Assembly (NCBI GenBank): GCA_951406725.2
Contig: OX597816.1
Coordinates: 45,322,001-45,386,000, forward strand
From: Octopus vulgaris
Lineage: Eukaryota
DNA length: 64,000 nucleotides
Direction: 5' to 3'
Part shown: piece by piece, positions 28,474 to 41,357 of the stretch
Position numbering within the stretch: the first letter of the stretch is position 1
Layout of the letters: every line of letters begins with the position of its first letter
Translations under genes and position numbers: made by a program
Notes under the pieces: model-generated
Seen by the model: the letters and a program-made list of their open reading frames with translations, nothing else
The model's database searches: none
Told to the model about the DNA's origin: nothing

Positions 28474-29734
28474 TCAGGTCATCCCATAAGTTCTGTCCGA
28501 TTTTACCTTTTTTAAAATTGAATGAAATTTAATAGTATTTTAGAATGTCTAATGGAATTTAAAATTATTTTTATGCATTTGTGTACATTTAAACTAATTA
28601 AATATTATTTTACAGAATAATAGAATTAAAATTTCTTTGATTAAAACCCTTTCTAACATGGAAGTATCCAAAGAGCATTTGAGGCACATAATGCTTTATG
28701 AGTACAAAAAAGGAAACTCTGCAGCTGAAGCGACTCGAAACATACACTCAGTTTATGGGAAAGAATGCTTGAATGAAAGAACTTGCAGAAGATGGTTTGC
28801 AAAATTCAGAAGTGGAGATTTCAGCCTTGAAGATGAAGATCAAACAGGACGTCCAGTTGAGTTTGATGATAAGCTCCTTGAGGCATTACTTGAAGAAAAT
28901 CCTGCATTATCAGTTAAGAATTGGTAATAAAGCTTAGTTCAAACCATACAACTGTTCATCGTCATCTTCAACAACTTGGAAAGGTTCCTAAACTTGGAAA
29001 ATGGGTGCCTCGTGAATTGTCCAAAAACAACCGCAAATCCTGAGTTGACATCTGCTCTTCTCTCCATTCTCGGAAACTCATTTCACCCTTTTAGGATAGA
29101 CTTGTGACTGGTGACGAAAAATGGATCTTCTATCGAAATGTTAAATGTCGTAAACAGTGGCTTGGTAAAAGGGAAAAAGCTCAACCACAACCGAGAAGGG
29201 AACTTCATGGGAAAAAGGTTCTTCTCTCTATCTGGTGGGATTGCAAAGGAGTAATTCACTTTGAATTTTTACCACCTAATGCAACAATCAACGCCCAGGT
29301 CTACTGACAACAATTAGAGCATTTGAACCAAGCTTTGAAGAAAAAAGACCCGTTTTAGTGAATCGAAAAGGAGTGATGTCTCATCAGGACAATGCACGAC
29401 CCTACACTGCAAAGATCACATCAATGAAGATTGAAGAGCTTGGTTGGGAAAAAATTCCTCATCCACCTTATTCTCCCAACCTTGCTCCTTCAGACTACCA
29501 TTTGTTTTGTAGTTTACAGAATTATTTGGGATACATAACTTTTGCAAGCCAGCAGGAGGTCGAAACTGACATTTCAGAGTTCTTCACTTTGAAACCAAAA
29601 GAGTTTTACATTGATGGAAGGAAATAACAGATAATCAGGGAAAGTACATTGATGATTAAATTTCAATTAAATATAGCATTTGATCACTTGTTTTCTTTAT
29701 TCAAAATTCGGACAGAACTTATGGGATGACTTGA
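28474..29734 (+). mobile_element. Near full-length mariner (DD34D) transposon, 1261 bp
   Basis: 27-bp TIRs tcaggtcatcccataagttctgtccga / tcggacagaacttatgggatgacttga (one mismatch), with TA duplications at 28472-73 and 29735-36. Confidence 0.95.
28658..29659 (+). pseudogene. Mariner transposase pseudogene
   Basis: HTH region (ERTCRRWFAKFRSGDFSLEDE), WVP, TGDEKW, HQDNARP and YSPNLAPSDYHLF, split by frameshifts and stops. Confidence 0.92.
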
Positions 29735-30012
29735 TAGTATTACTGGCATTGATTAGAGCCCTTAATCACTTTAGTAATGTGTGTGTGTGTGTGTGATAAG
29801 TTAAAAACATATAATATATGTACAAACAGGAAACAGTCACAGAAGGGTGCCAAATCCACATCAGTTACTGACCTAAGGATCAAATGCAATTTTGCACCTT
29901 AACGAGAGAAAGAGATTGACAGACAGAAAGACAGACAGATAGACAGGCAGGAAGACGGACTGACAGACAGATATACATACATACACACACATATATATGT
30001 ATATATACATAT

Positions 30013-30205
30013 GTCGCCATGATAGATTGGTTGCCACTACACACATTTTTCTTCTCTTTTTGTTTTCTCTGTGTCCCTTTCTGTAGAAGAGCATAGGCTC
30101 GAAACATAAAAGACTTTTTCTATTCCTGAGCATTATACTAATACATCTGTTTGTTTTCTACACCACCTATCTTCATCTTTTTTTTTTTTTTCATGAACTC
30201 TCCCA
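30013..30205 (+). mobile_element. Short Penelope-like element, hammerhead-like CUGUAGA at 30077-30112
   Basis: Reverse-complement homolog of 60752-60943, flanked by TA/CA repeats. Confidence 0.55.
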
Positions 30206-30764
30206 TATATTTACACACAAACACATATACATGTATGTATATACACATATACATGTATGTTTACATATATACAATTGTAAATGGCTCTGTGTGTGTGTGT
30301 CTATGTGTGTATATATATATATATATACACAAAGTTTAGGTTAGTTAAAATATGTTTATGACATATATCAACAGCTAGAAGGCAAATTCAGAGCAGTTAC
30401 TATGGAGAAAGTTTTCTTTAACGGTAAAAAGGTGTAAAAACACCATATCTGTCCAGTGTCATTGCCTGTCAGGTTTACCAGACATCAATGATTCTAACTC
30501 CTTAACCATTATCAATGGGAAATACATAAGAGAGACAACTCTGGAGATCTTATCAAAGCATTAGCTTTAGCCAAAATACAGTCAACAGCTTTGACTGATT
30601 TGTGCTAGGACACTGTCATAGAAATTACTGTAATATTAATGCCAAGCAGTGTTTAGGTTTGTTAAACTATGTTTGTGAAATAGTTCAACTGCTAAAAGGA
30701 AAATTCACTGCAGTTACCATAGTGAAATTTTGTTTTATTGTAGAAAGGTGTAAAATATATATAC

Positions 30765-30821
<57 letters not shown>

Positions 30822-30893
30822 ATCCAAACAAGAAAACACAAAAAAAACACAACAACGCGAGGACGTGGAACAAATATATGATGATGATGATGA

Positions 30894-30948
<55 letters not shown>

Positions 30949-30949
30949 C

Positions 30950-31044
<95 letters not shown>

Positions 31045-31116
31045 GTTTCAGCTCAGAGCTGCAGCCATGCTGATGCACCGCCGTTTTGTGCTACACTGTT
31101 ATTGCGACGAACCTCG

Positions 31117-31165
<49 letters not shown>

Positions 31166-31214
31166 CCACGTCCTCACGTTGATGTGTTTTTTTGTGTTTT
31201 CTTGTTTGGATTAG

Positions 31215-31249
<35 letters not shown>

Positions 31250-31812
31250 TATACATATGTATGTATATTTTACACCATCCAACCCATGCTAGCATGGAGA
31301 ACGGACGTTAAACGATGATGATGATGATGATGATGATGATGATATATATATATGTGTGTGTGTGTAAACATATATATATATATACATACACACATACACA
31401 TACATATGTATAAATACATATGTATATATACATATATACACATAAATATGTATATACACATATATATAAAAAAAAGAGATATACATATATACACATACAT
31501 ATATATGCATACATATACATGGATATATATACATATATATATATGCATATATATATATGTGTGTATATATAATTATATATATATACATACATATATATAC
31601 ACATACATATATATACACATATATATACATACACATATATATACATACATATATACATATATATACATACATACATACATACATATATATATACATACAT
31701 ATATATAATACATATATATATATATATACATATATATACATACATATACATACATATATATAATACATATATATATATATACATATATATACATACATAT
31801 ACATACATACAT

Positions 31813-31873
<61 letters not shown>

Positions 31874-31948
31874 CACACACACACACACACATGCAGAGAA
31901 AAGATTAAAGAAAATCCTAGCTAGCGCAGTGTAAATAAACCAATTTAC

Positions 31949-32023
31949 CTGTCAACAACTGGTTGAGCAACATGCTTAAAGATAACATCTTGCTGGATGT
32001 CTTGGTTGAAGACATTTTGGAAC
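31949..32023 (-). CDS. KIF6: KIF6-like exon 3: (K)[24 protein letters not shown](S)
   Basis: tttcag acceptor and gtaaat donor, 75 nt, phase 2 to 2, in frame with exons 2 and 4. Kinesin F..VF...Q..IF..VA.P motif. Confidence 0.92.
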
Positions 32024-33075
32024 CTGAAATAATTAAAGAAGAAGAAATAAAAATTATGATAGAAGCAAGCCAGATAAGGCAAAAATCTCTAGCAGTTCTA
32101 AGATACGTAGGTTTGAAAACTTTGCCAGAGGCGAGCTTCATATTGAACAAAAGCACATTTCTTTGATATGTACATCAACATTTATACATATTTATGGTAC
32201 ATGCATATGTGTGTGTATTTATCTCTGTGTGTTTGTGTCTGTGTGTGTGCTATGTGTGCATGTTTCTGTAAATGTGTGTATGTGTTAGTCAAACCAACTT
32301 CCCCATAATTATGTTGTTTACCATCAAAGTTTTCTAATCTACAGATTTAACTTTTTTCATATTATGTTATTCAGAGTACATATGAAAGTGTTTATATCCT
32401 AGTAGCTAACATGTTCCTTTTCCATTTGCCTCTATAGGCTCTTTTATTTATGGTGTACTTTTCTTTCCTTGATGCACCAACTCAACCTACATGCTCCGTC
32501 ATAATTTCTTATACACTATTCACAATAGGCGTAGGCATGGTCGTGTGGCTAAGAAGTTTGCTCCTCAACCATGTGGTTCTGAGTTCAATCCCACTGTGTG
32601 ACACGTTGGGTAAGTGCCTTTTACTATAGCTCTAGGTTGACCAAAGACTTGTGGGTGAATTTGGTTCTTGGAAATGTAAAGAAGCCCATCATATTTATGT
32701 GTGTGTGTGTTTGTAAAAAATTAATAGAAATGGCTTTTCTGATAAATTTTCAATTTTAATAATGAAAGTTTACAAAAGGTGACTCTGATAGGAGTTTCAA
32801 ATATATAATTATGTACCAAGGACTTTCTATTTCTTATTCTGTTGAAGAGCATAGGTTCAAAACATAAAAGTCTTTCTCACTTTCCCGAGCGTCAAGCTTA
32901 TATACCTTCTTGTTGTTCATACACTTGTCTTCATCTTTTGTTTTTCTGTAAATTTCAACTATATATTCCAACTACATATATATAACCGAAGAGATGGTGG
33001 TGTGGATTTCCACCTCAGCATCCAAAACTCAGAGTTTTATCTTGGCTACCGAATAATTGTTACATATTAATTTAC

Positions 33076-33114
<39 letters not shown>

Positions 33115-33118
<4 letters not shown>

Positions 33119-33572
33119 CCAGCTCTGTCTGGCAACCATGTCGGTGGCACGTAAAAGCACCATCCGTTCGCGTCCGTTGCCAGCCTCGGCTGGCCCCCGT
33201 GCCGGTGACACGTAAAAGCACCGTCCGTTCGTGGCCGGTTGCCAGCTCTGTCTGGCCCCGTGTCGGTGGCACGTAAAAGCACCATCCGTTCATGTCCGTT
33301 GCCAGCATCGCCTGGCCCCGTGCCAGTGACACGTAAAAGCACCATCCGTTCGTGGCCGTTTGCCAGCTCTGTCTGGCACCTGTGCAGGTGGCACGTAAAA
33401 AACACCCACTACACTCGCGGAGTGGTTGGCGTTAGGAAGGGCATCCAGCCGTAGAAACACTGCCAGATCTGACTGGGCCTGACGAAGCCTTCCAGCTTCA
33501 CAGACACCAGTTGACCCGTCCAACCCATGCTAGCATGGAAAACGGACGCTAAACGATGATGATGATGATGAT
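33115..33572 (+). mobile_element. RTE 3'UTR copy with about five internal 57-58 bp tandem units
   Basis: Repeated gtggcacgtaaaagcaccatccgttcg...ttgccagc units ahead of the standard tail. Confidence 0.85.
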
Positions 33573-33573
33573 G

Positions 33574-33614
<41 letters not shown>

Positions 33615-33618
<4 letters not shown>

Positions 33619-33790
33619 AGATCGGTAACCACTACACACATTTTTTTCTTTCTGTGTTCCTTTCTGTGGAAGAGCATAGGCTCGAAATGTTAAAGACTTT
33701 TTCAATTCCTGAGCATTATACTAATACATCTGTTTGCTTTCTACACCACCTGTCTTTGTCCTTTGTTTTTTTCGTGAATTCTCTCTCAGT
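33615..33790 (+). mobile_element. Short Penelope-like element, hammerhead-like CUGUGGA at 33660-33695
   Basis: Homologous to 30013-30205 and flanked by (TA)n. Confidence 0.55.
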
Positions 33791-34018
33791 ATATATATAG
33801 CACCTGATTTACACTGACCAAGTCGAGAAGATCTTTGATAAAATGCATTCCAATCGTGACCGTTCCGTTTATTTTCCAGTGCGTAAGGAATCTTGGGTCA
33901 TAATATATGAATGTGTTCATTAAATGTGTTCATCACTACGTAGATGCTCCCATTCGATTGTACAGGATGTATAACGTATGTGGCTGGCAAGCTGCAGTGA
34001 AGTTCTTAAAAGTGAAGA

Positions 34019-34438
34019 GAGTAGGAGTGGCTGTGTGGTAAGTAGCTTGCTTACCAACCACATGCCTCTGGGTTCAGTCCCACTGTGTGGCCTCTTGGGC
34101 AAGTTTCTGCTACTATAGCCTCAGGCCAACCAAAGCTTTGTGAGTGGATTTGGTAGACGGAAACTGAAAGAAGCCCGTTGTGTATATGTATATATATATG
34201 CATCATCATCATCATCATTTAACGTCTGTTTTCCATGCTAGCATGGGTTGGACGGTTCGACCAGGGTCTGGGAAGCCAGGAGGCTGCACCAGGCTCCTGT
34301 CTGATCTGGCAGATGCCCTTCCTAACGCCAACCACTCCGAGAGTGTAGTGGGTGCTTTTTACGTGCCACCAGCACAGGTGCCAGGGGAGGTGGCAACGAC
34401 CATGATCAATTGGTGCTTTTTACATGCCACTGGCAATG

Positions 34439-34492
<54 letters not shown>

Positions 34493-34698
34493 TGTTAGTC
34501 CCCCCAACATCACGTGACAACCGATGCTGGTGTGTTTACGTCCCTGTAACTTAGCGGTTCAGCAAAAGAGACCGATAGAATAAGTACTAGGCTTACAAAA
34601 AATAAGTCCTGGGGTCGATTTGCTCAACTAAAGGCAGTGCTCCAGCATAACCACAGTCAACTGACTGAAACAAGCAAAAGAGTAAAAGAGTAAAGAGA
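34019..34698 (+). mobile_element. SINE B with an antisense RTE 3'UTR (34201-34435) inserted in its internal microsatellite
   Basis: B head and body run to about 34200, the RTE tail follows, then the (TG)n and B tail resume. Confidence 0.8.
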
Positions 34699-34735
34699 GA
34701 CCGACAACAGAATATAAATTATAAATGATGCTCAC

Positions 34736-34848
34736 TTGAACTTATACAATTCTTTCTTATTGTTTACAAATCCATCTGCAAACTCTTTAGGAACAACAAA
34801 TTGGACAATTGAACTGCCATCAGCTTGATCATTTTCAATCTCAAAGAG
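34736..34848 (-). CDS. KIF6: KIF6-like exon 2: LFEIENDQADGSSIVQFVVPKEFADGFVNNKKELYKF(K)
   Basis: Poly-pyrimidine tract with cag acceptor and gtgag donor, 113 nt, phase 0 to 2. ADGFVNNK..YKF is characteristic of KIF6. Confidence 0.92.
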
Positions 34849-34916
34849 CTGGGGAAAAAGAAAAAAAAAAAAAAAGTTAATCAATAAATATGTAAATAAG
34901 AGGTATTACACACACA

Positions 34917-35135
34917 TGCAATGGGGTGCTGAAAAGTTCCTGGTTTGGGGTAAAAGAAAATACAAGAGGAGCAATTAATCATGATTTTATTCTACGTATT
35001 CCTCTCTCAGATTCACACACTTATTGCAGCAGTCCTTCAGTTTTTCTAAGCCCTGTAAAAGAACTTGGATTGTTGGGCCTCTAGCCAGGCCTTTCACAAT
35101 ACCCTTAAAGCCTGGAACTTTTCCGTACCCCTTCA
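34917..35135 (-). mobile_element. Mariner-derived MITE (about 220 bp)
   Basis: Imperfect TIRs ggggtgctgaaaagttcctgg / cctggaacttttccgtacccc. The minus strand retains the transposase end CNKCVNLREEYVE*. Confidence 0.7.
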
Positions 35136-35344
35136 TATATGATATAGTGAATTGAAAAACTTTGATTAACTAAATTATCTTTGTGGAGAAAAGACAGAAA
35201 TTTCCTTTAGCACATATTTGAAATTTGGAACAAAACAACAAAGGGAAATAACTCGAATAATATCAACTAATCCAAATTTTTTGAAAATAATATGTATATT
35301 CCTGTTATTAACAGCCAATCTTTTATTTGCTAAAGGATTATTAA

Positions 35345-35564
35345 CCCTTTTGTTACCAACCCGGCCGAAACAGGCTCTGGCTCTGAGTTCAAATGTCTTA
35401 TTTTCATAAGTTTTGAATTAATATCTTCCACCAAACCTTAGTCACAATTTATATTCTTAACACTAGCTGAATGATAACTAAGTTATTTTGCTGAATTCTT
35501 TGTTATATTTAAAGTAATTGAAAGAACCACAGAGCATCTCAAAATAAATACAGTAATGAAAGGG
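35345..35564. mobile_element. piggyBac-like MITE, 220 bp
   Basis: TTAA-CCCTTTTGTTAC...GTAATGAAAGGG-TTAA: TTAA duplication with CCC/GGG termini. Confidence 0.8.
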
Positions 35565-35630
35565 TTAAATAAATAATTACACTCTTGAGACAAGTCCAAG
35601 GAACTGAGTGATTGTTTTGTAGTTTATTTA

Positions 35631-36419
35631 CCACAAATCCTCGAGTATAATCCGCATTTTTTCCCCAAAATTTAAAGGTGAAAATCTCTAGTGTGTACTA
35701 TATATGAGGTTAAAAATGAAAATTATTTTCTAAGCAATCTCCGAGTCTCTATTTGCTGTCCGACAATGTTTATTTAGATGCATTTTGTGATGTCGGGCGC
35801 GAAAATACCTTAAGCTAAGCCTGAAAGCAATGAAGTCATAAAAGAATCATCTATAACTTGCAGTGAGCAACATTTATTAAAATAAAAGTATTCAGAACAC
35901 AGAATAACATGTAACAAAAACAATTTGTAAACATATTTACGTTCCTATATAACAGTTGAGAACATCACCATTATTGTATTACACATGCGCAGAAGTGTTT
36001 GTTCGACTAGGTGCTGTTGGCTTAATTATGCACGAATTGTGCTTAATAGTTTAGCGCTAAATAGTTCATCCTGCTGTTTGTATTGGCAGTTTGCATCATT
36101 ACCATAGCAAACAGTAGATACTTAATTAAATACCAGTATTAAATATTTGAACAACTGTGGATCTTTACTAGGGTTTTTTATAAGCAGAACTTAAACCTGT
36201 ACATTAATCTCCAATAAAATCTTTTATACATTACATGCCCATAAAATGCCTCGTAGATCTTACTCAGCTATGTTTAAACTTGAAATTATATCATATGCTG
36301 CAGGACGTTACCGTATACATTTTTACAAACCAAGGACGTTATATAGACCTCCTTGACTCAAGGGTTAGGTTTTTCAGAGATACAGCCCCCCAAAAATCCC
36401 CATACTCGAGGATTTACGG
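35631..36419. mobile_element. Tc2/pogo-like non-autonomous element, long variant
   Basis: TA-ccacaaatcctcgagtata...atactcgaggatttacgg-TA. Collinear with 6015-6536, plus about 300 bp of extra internal sequence. Confidence 0.8.
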
Positions 36420-37499
36420 TACTAATCCTTTAGTGTATATAAAAAAAAAACATTGGCTATTGATAATAGGAAAGTACCAAATAAAATTCATGTGAAGTGA
36501 GATAGTAAAGAGATGATAAGAGAAGGAAAGAAAGGTGTGTCGCATATATCTGAATATAAAGCTAGCTAGTTCAGATGAGTAGAAGCAATTATAGATGAGG
36601 TACAAAGAGGAGGTGGTGTTTTGAACTACTGGATGAAGTCTGTCACTGATTTAATATTTGTTAATCAATCAGATAGTTAGATGTAGATCTTGTCTTTAAA
36701 GTCAACTGGTGAATGCAACAGACACGTATTGATTTTCTTAGATCTTACCAGTGAATCATATTCAACTTAAATGGCTAGATGAAACAGTGATCAACATGTA
36801 TTGAAATAGAAAGAATGTAGCGACACTGATTATGAATATCAACAACAAGGCTGAAGGAACATACGTCAGTGTTCTGCATACTAAATACTCAGTCAATACA
36901 CTTTCATGTATGCTGAATACTCAGCTGAAAAAAGCTGCAAAATATACAAACAACAGTAAATGTGTTTGATGCCGTGTCTTTCAGTGTTGTGATCTTACTA
37001 TCAACCTATCCACATCAGATTCCATTTTTAGAAAATGGTAGTGAATTAGCAGAGTCATGAGAGTCTAGGAACAGAATGCCTTGCAATATTTGTTCTAGTT
37101 CAGTGTATTCCGAATTCAAATTCTTCCAAGGTCAGCTTTGGCCTTCACCTTTTATGGTTCAATATAATAAAATGGCTGTCTATGCTGATGAAATAGGTGA
37201 AGTATTTAGCACAAGATCTGGAGATAAGACGGTGTAGAGACGACAGACTTCTGGTGTGTCAGGTAGATATAAGTGGAGGTGGTATTTAGTTAGCTAGTAC
37301 AGAAGAACAGAGGCTATTACAGTAGTGACAGAAGATGTACAAAGAGAAGATAGTGCCTTGAGATAGTGGACAAAGCTTATCAATGATTGAATCTTTGTTA
37401 ATCAATCAAATAGCCTTCTTTTGGCTACACATGCACAACAGCAGCACCTCAGAGGTTCAAACACTTCTCACACGTGGATTTCATTGAAACTTGGAAGAA

Positions 37500-38500
37500 T
37501 CATCATTTAATGTCCATTGTCCAAGCTGGCATGGATTGGACGGTTTGACCAGGGCTGGTAAGCTGGAAGGTTGCACCAGACTCCAGTCTGATTTGATATG
37601 GTTTGCTATGACTGGATGCCCTTCCTAACACCAACCACTCTGAGAGTGTAATGGGCACTTTTATGCCCCACCGGCATGGGTACCGTTTGAGTGACATTGG
37701 TATCTGCCATGACTGTGATTTAGCTTGGCTTCATGGGTCTTCTTCTGAAGTATGACATAATGCTAAATGTCTTGACCATTGCCTCCATGAGGCCCAACAC
37801 TCAAAAGGAACTCAGCAGCTTTGCCTCTGTGAGGCCCAACACTCGAAAGGAACTCAGCCACTTTACCTCCAGAAGGCCTAACACACAAAAGGAACTCAGT
37901 CAGTTTCCCCCCATGAGGCCCAATGCTCAAACGGTGCTCTTTACAAGCCACTGGCATGGGTGTCAGTTACATCACACCAACATCAGCCTTGACTACAATT
38001 TCACTTGGCTTGATGGGTCTTCTCAAGCACAGCATATCGCCAAAGGTCTCGGTCACTAGTCACTGCCTCTGTGAGACTCAAAGTTCGAAGACCATGCTTC
38101 ACCACTTCATCCCATGTTTTCCTGGGTCTACCTCTACCATGGGTTCCTTCCACAGTTAGAGATCAGTACTTCTTTGCACAGATGTCTTTGTCCATACGCA
38201 TCACGTGACCATACCAGTGCAGTCATCTCTCTTGCACACCACATCTGATACGTCCTATACCTAACTTTTCTCTCAAGATGCTTACACTCTGTCAAACATG
38301 CACACTGACATTGTACATCCAGCGAAGCATACTGGCTTCATTTCTTTCAAGCCTATGCATGTCCATGGCTGTCACAGCCATGTAGCATGGCTTTACACAC
38401 ACAGGCATCATACAATCTGTCTTTCACTCTGAGAGAGAGACCCTTTGTTACCAGCAGAGGTAGGAGCTCTCTGAACTTTGCCCAGCCTAATCTTATTCTC
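37500..38500 (-). mobile_element. RTE LINE 3' portion with 41-bp tandem units at 37780-37930
   Basis: Post-RT ORF motifs (RIRLGWAKFRELLPLL, LERNEASMLRW, WYGHVMR) followed by the 3'UTR. Confidence 0.85.
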
Positions 38501-38904
38501 ACAGTCACGCTCTCATCACCTAATCAGATACGAAGTATTTTAAGGTCCTACAGAGGAAACTTGGTCATTGTGATGCTAGTTTAGTAATGTTAGATAAATG
38601 CAATTACCATGAAACATTTTGAGAGCATTTCTAGTGACATTGATGGTTTTAGTTGGATGTTGGTTTTGGAGGATGTTGTTTTGGCACATGACCTAGGACT
38701 ACTGGTTAAGGTGTTAGGCTCACAATCCTAATATTGTGAGTTCAATTCTTAGCCTAGATATGTTATGTCTTTGAGAAAGACATTCCAGTCTACTCAGCTG
38801 AAAATTGGCTCCAATCTAGCAGTGTTGTAACCCTCTCTTCTCCAACTGTCACATCTTCAATGTTTCACAGAATCAATTGACACACTGCTCAGAACTATAA
38901 AAAA

Positions 38905-39237
38905 GACCCGCTTTGGTCATGAATGACTATGAAATTGCACCTAGAAAGTTATCATCCAAGACACAAGTCTGGGCAGGGTTGTTTATGAAAGACCAGCAGC
39001 TGCCCATGCATACCAGCCTCCCCTCTCTACGCCAGCAATGTTATCCAAGGGAAAGGCAAAGGCCGGTACAGCTTGGCATCAGTGACGTTGCAACTCATTT
39101 CTACAACTGAGTGAACTGGAGCATCGTGAAATAAAGCGACTTGCTCAAGAACACAACACACGACCTCGTCTGGGAATCGAACTCACTACCCCATGATTGT
39201 GAGCCCGACACTCTAACCACTGAGCCATGCGCCTTCA
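38905..39237 (-). mobile_element. tRNA-SINE, body X with tail R
   Basis: Reverse-complement head gaaggcgcatggctcagtggttagag...gagttcgattccc, body ttcttgagcaag...ccagttcactcag, then an unrelated tail. Confidence 0.75.
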
Positions 39238-40606
39238 GTCAAAACTATACAGGCAATTAAAACAATTAGTAAAAGCATGATACATAGTACCAGGTCATAG
39301 ACATTTCCAAGAGACAGTTATAGTCTGATTGCTGGATTGGACGATAGCAGCAGGGTATTCATTGGATAATCAGGAGGAAAATCAGAGCACATGATTCCAT
39401 ACAGGGATTCAGAGGCTGGTGAGAGATGAGAGAGGAAGATACTTTTGAAACCAGGGACATAACTCAAATGCTTGCAACTAGCTTCACTCTGCACCCAAAG
39501 ATGAAATGGTGATATTAAACCATGCCTCAAATTATGTGGAATTTTCACACCAAAATTTAAAGTGAAAACAAGATGGTAACTTTTTAGAATCACATTTTTA
39601 CCAAAACGATAGGTGGACTTAGACACCAAGACAACTTTGGATGATAAAGAATTTCATGTGAAATACAGCAGGATTTACAAAGACAGCAACAATGTTTGAA
39701 TGCTTACACTATGTTTATATTATATAATACTTCAGCTTGTATGTTGGAAAATACGGTAATGTTGTCTTTTCCACACTACATAATTATTTCTAATTGCTCC
39801 ATGCATTAAATATATCAATACTAATTTAACTATTATTTTTCATGCAGATGGCATCTCTGAGTCATTTACTTTACTTAGTAGGTGCTGATATTACATAGGA
39901 AAACAGTCTACACACACACATACACACACACACACACACACAAACTGTAAAGAACACATCGCTAATTCAAGAATGCAAAAATTCTAAATAAACATATCAA
40001 CACTGAAAGCTAAATTTATTAAAACTGTCTCTGTTTATCATCACTAAATGACTTCTTCATCACCTGACATTTCCAGAATAACATAAAAGTTATGTAAAAT
40101 TAAAATTCATTTTAGTATACGAAAATAATAATTATTGCACAATTATGATAATGTTAATTTGTTTGTTTACCATACAGCCAACAAAGACAGCTATACAATA
40201 AAATGTTTTAAGTGCAATAGAATACCTTAAACAAACACACACACACATGCATATACATACACATATACATACACTTACACATACAAATATATACACAAAT
40301 ATATGTATATATATATATACATACATATATCTACATATACATACATATATTTACATATACATACATATATATATACATATATATATACATACATATATTT
40401 ACATATATATATATATACATATACTTACATATATATACATATACATATACTTACATATATATACATATACTTACATCATAATCATCATCATCATCATCAT
40501 TTAACGTCCGTTTTCCATGCTAGCATGGGTTGGACGGTTCGACCAGGGTCTGGTAAGCCATGGAGGCTGCAGCAGGCTCTTGTCTGATTTGGCAGTGTTT
40601 CTACAG

Positions 40607-40653
<47 letters not shown>

Positions 40654-40865
40654 CTTACATATGTATATATATAAATGCATATTTATATATATACATATAC
40701 ATATATATACAAGTATATATATATGCATATACATGCATATATACATATACATATACACACACATATATACATACATATATACATAAATATATATACATAT
40801 ATGTATATATAAATATACATGCATATATATGTACATTCACACACACACACACACATATATATACA

Positions 40866-41357
40866 CATGGTGGCTGCCCCCTCGTTATCGAGTATAGCCA
40901 TTGCATGAAGCTTAATCAATGTTGTTATCGTGCAATGCCTGTGCAAGAAGATTTTTTTTTAAAGTGAGGAAAGGCTGTGCACTGAGTCAATCCCACTCAC
41001 TAAGCAACAGCAGCCATAATCCGAAAAGAAGAACAAGTCAACATCATCGGTAACCACTGAGCCGCAGGTTTTATGTCGGAGTTATCCCAGTTACCTGAGT
41101 TACCTTCCCCTAGAAGGATGCCCTAACAAAGGCTAGGAGTCCTTCACTCCCAATGGTTTAACCGTGCGATCGGGTATTCAGTCCGATTATTTCTATGTCC
41201 CCGCACATGATACATCCTTAAGAAATTTATTGGATGGCCGTTGACTCTCAAGAGTTCCTCTGCCCTTTGACAGGTTTTGTTTTTCATCCCGCAGGGTGTC
41301 CAATAAACACCCTCCTCACCAAGCAAGCTTGGTGGGGTTACCGGTTTAGTTACCGAC
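40866..41357 (-). mobile_element. Candidate bipartite RTE-derived non-autonomous element
   Basis: A relatively GC-rich 490-bp island between microsatellites with no convincing ORF. Its ends resemble RTE 5'UTR and 3' tail motifs (recognised from memory). Confidence 0.4.

Noticed and set aside
28637-29627. Domesticated SETMAR-like gene
   Set aside because: Intact TIRs and TA duplications plus several frameshifts and stops indicate a dead transposon copy.
31963-32166. Plus-strand 67-aa ORF that looks protein-like
   Set aside because: It is the antisense shadow of KIF6 exon 3 and its acceptor, with no independent support.
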